18,567 bases of DNA from an uncultured Deinococcales bacterium (GTDB lineage Bacteria > Deinococcota > Deinococci > Deinococcales > JAAFIG01), in assembly GCA_964247135.1 (NCBI GenBank), contig CAXTTL010000080.1, positions 1 through 18,567 on the forward strand, written 5' to 3'. The notes below the pieces were generated by a model. The model worked only from the letters and a program-made list of their open reading frames with translations, was not told the origin of the DNA and did no database searches. The position numbers and the translations under genes were made by a program. Position 1 is the stretch's first letter; each line of letters opens with the position of its first letter. Of this stretch, positions 17,103 through 18,567 are shown piece after piece.

Positions 17103-18566
17103 CTATTCCCAAGCAGGGTTGAGTCTCCCCTTTTCATCCCTCGAGTACGGCGTCCACGCCAACGCGAAGAGTTGCAAACTGACATCGGTGGCTTTGGGCT
17201 TCACCGAAATTTGCTCGAGTTGTTCATTCGCATCCACGCCGTTTACCGCGTCAAGTTCGGCTTGCAATTGGGCTTGAAGCTCATTCAATTGCGCTTGCAC
17301 CGCCTCAACGGTATCGGCGGCTCGAGAGACATCCTGCCCCTCACGGTAAGCTTTGCCTGCGGTTTTCATTGCGCCAGCCGCTTTGGAAACCACATTGGTT
17401 TTGCGCCCGCCACCCAGCAACGCGCCCAAAATGCCCATGCCGACATTGACCACCGTCTCGAGTTGTGCCTGTTTGGCTTGCGCCGCTTGCACATCTTGCG
17501 CAGCTTGGGCTTTGCGCAGTCGTTCCTCGAGCATGTTCAATTTGTTCTGATAATTGCCTTTGATCTCTTCGGCTTGAGAGTCACGCAATTCTCGAGCCAC
17601 GGTTTGAAGCCGAATGCGGAAATCCTGTTCGGTTTCATCAGGATTCGAGAACACCTCGAGTTTGCTCGAGTAGTGCAGCGTTAACGCCTGATTGCCTTGC
17701 AGCCATTTGCCAAAGTCTTTGCTCCACTTGTCAAAGTTTTTCACGTTGCCCGCCGAGCTTGGCGCGTCGGCAAAATCGGCACCATCGACGGGATCGGTCA
17801 GCAAGGAATTGACATCAATCTCGAGGTGCGTGGCTTCATCCCAGGTGACAGGAACGGGATTGTCGGTGATTTCAGCAAGGAGTTGAATGGTTTTGTTCGT
17901 GTCGATTTTGTACTTTGTGCTGGCGTAACGCACGTCTGCCGCACCGAGCGCCATCGGGTAGTAAATCACGCCCGATTCGGCACTGGCTGGAATGAAAAAT
18001 TGTTTGACTTGCGGTGGCAAAACAGGGCGGCTCGAGGTGGCGGGTTTGACGGTGGGTGATGTTAAAACCGTAGGGGCGCTGCTTGCTGCGCCCTCCGCTG
18101 CATTCGATTTCTTTTCTGCCATCAAGGTTTTGATCTGATCGTTGGTGACAGGACCCGCCAGATACGACATCGTCCAACGGGTTTGAAAGGTAATCGGACC
18201 CGATTCGTGAACGTTGTGCATCAAAAACACGCGCTTCCCGAGGCTCGAGAGGGTGCGGTTCAAATCCCCACTCGCGCCAGAACCTTGCAATGCCTCGAGC
18301 ACACGGGCTTTGTCGTTGTCGGTTTGAAGCCTGCCGACAAACCATGTGCCAGCATTCGAGAGTCCTTTGTAATCCAGATCGACTGGATTTTGGGTGCTCA
18401 AAACCAGCCCAAGTCCGAAAGCTCGAGCTTGCTTTAAAAGCGTCAGCATTGGGGTTTTGCTGGGCGGGTTGCCGTTCGGTGGGAAGAATCCGAAGATTTC
18501 GTCCATGTATAGCACAGCGCGGAGGCTCGAGGTTCCTGGTTGCGAACGCATCCAGCCGAGCATCTG
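17103..18566 (-). CDS. C-terminal part of a HerA/DUF87-like P-loop ATPase with a coiled-coil tail; 5' end lies outside the window
   Basis: Walker B LYMDE and KQARAFGLGLVLSTQNPVDLDYK (HerA/FtsK-type arginine finger and sensor region); frame is open to the window edge. Confidence 0.8.
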   Translation of the reverse strand, partial: QMLGWMRSQPGTSSLRAVLYMDEIFGFFPPNGNPPSKTPMLTLLKQARAFGLGLVLSTQNPVDLDYKGLSNAGTWFVGRLQTDNDKARVLEALQGSGASGDLNRTLSSLGKRVFLMHNVHESGPITFQTRWTMSYLAGPVTNDQIKTLMAEKKSNAAEGAASSAPTVLTSPTVKPATSSRPVLPPQVKQFFIPASAESGVIYYPMALGAADVRYASTKYKIDTNKTIQLLAEITDNPVPVTWDEATHLEIDVNSLLTDPVDGADFADAPSSAGNVKNFDKWSKDFGKWLQGNQALTLHYSSKLEVFSNPDETEQDFRIRLQTVARELRDSQAEEIKGNYQNKLNMLEERLRKAQAAQDVQAAQAKQAQLETVVNVGMGILGALLGGGRKTNVVSKAAGAMKTAGKAYREGQDVSRAADTVEAVQAQLNELQAQLQAELDAVNGVDANEQLEQISVKPKATDVSLQLFALAWTPYSRDEKGRLNPAWE

Positions 18567-18567
18567 G

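Overview
Bacterial chromosomal window of roughly 50% GC. It is most likely from the phylum Deinococcota, inferred from a TmpR-like reductase, leaderless -10/ATG promoters and a HAIR-like box at groESL. The + strand carries a partial membrane protein, an FbpA/FutA-type ferric-iron-binding protein behind an Rrf2/IscR-like operator, an nfeD-floA-orf-yqfB-like cluster, phoH interrupted by a 424-aa LAGLIDADG intein in its Walker A motif, and a hypothetical membrane protein. The - strand carries a partial HerA/DUF87-like ATPase, groES-groEL (CIRCE plus HAIR-like boxes), an orphan Imm11-like immunity gene, an RHH-antitoxin/MazF pair bracketed by 33-bp direct repeats, a CDP-alcohol phosphotransferase, a 452-aa hypothetical, and a NUDIX-tmpR-folE pterin/folate cluster. 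The most striking feature is the palindrome CTCGAG. I counted about 134 copies by hand, against about 4.5 expected by chance. It occurs in all reading frames, in intergenic DNA, inside regulatory elements and inside the intein, resembling a HIP1-type highly iterated palindrome.
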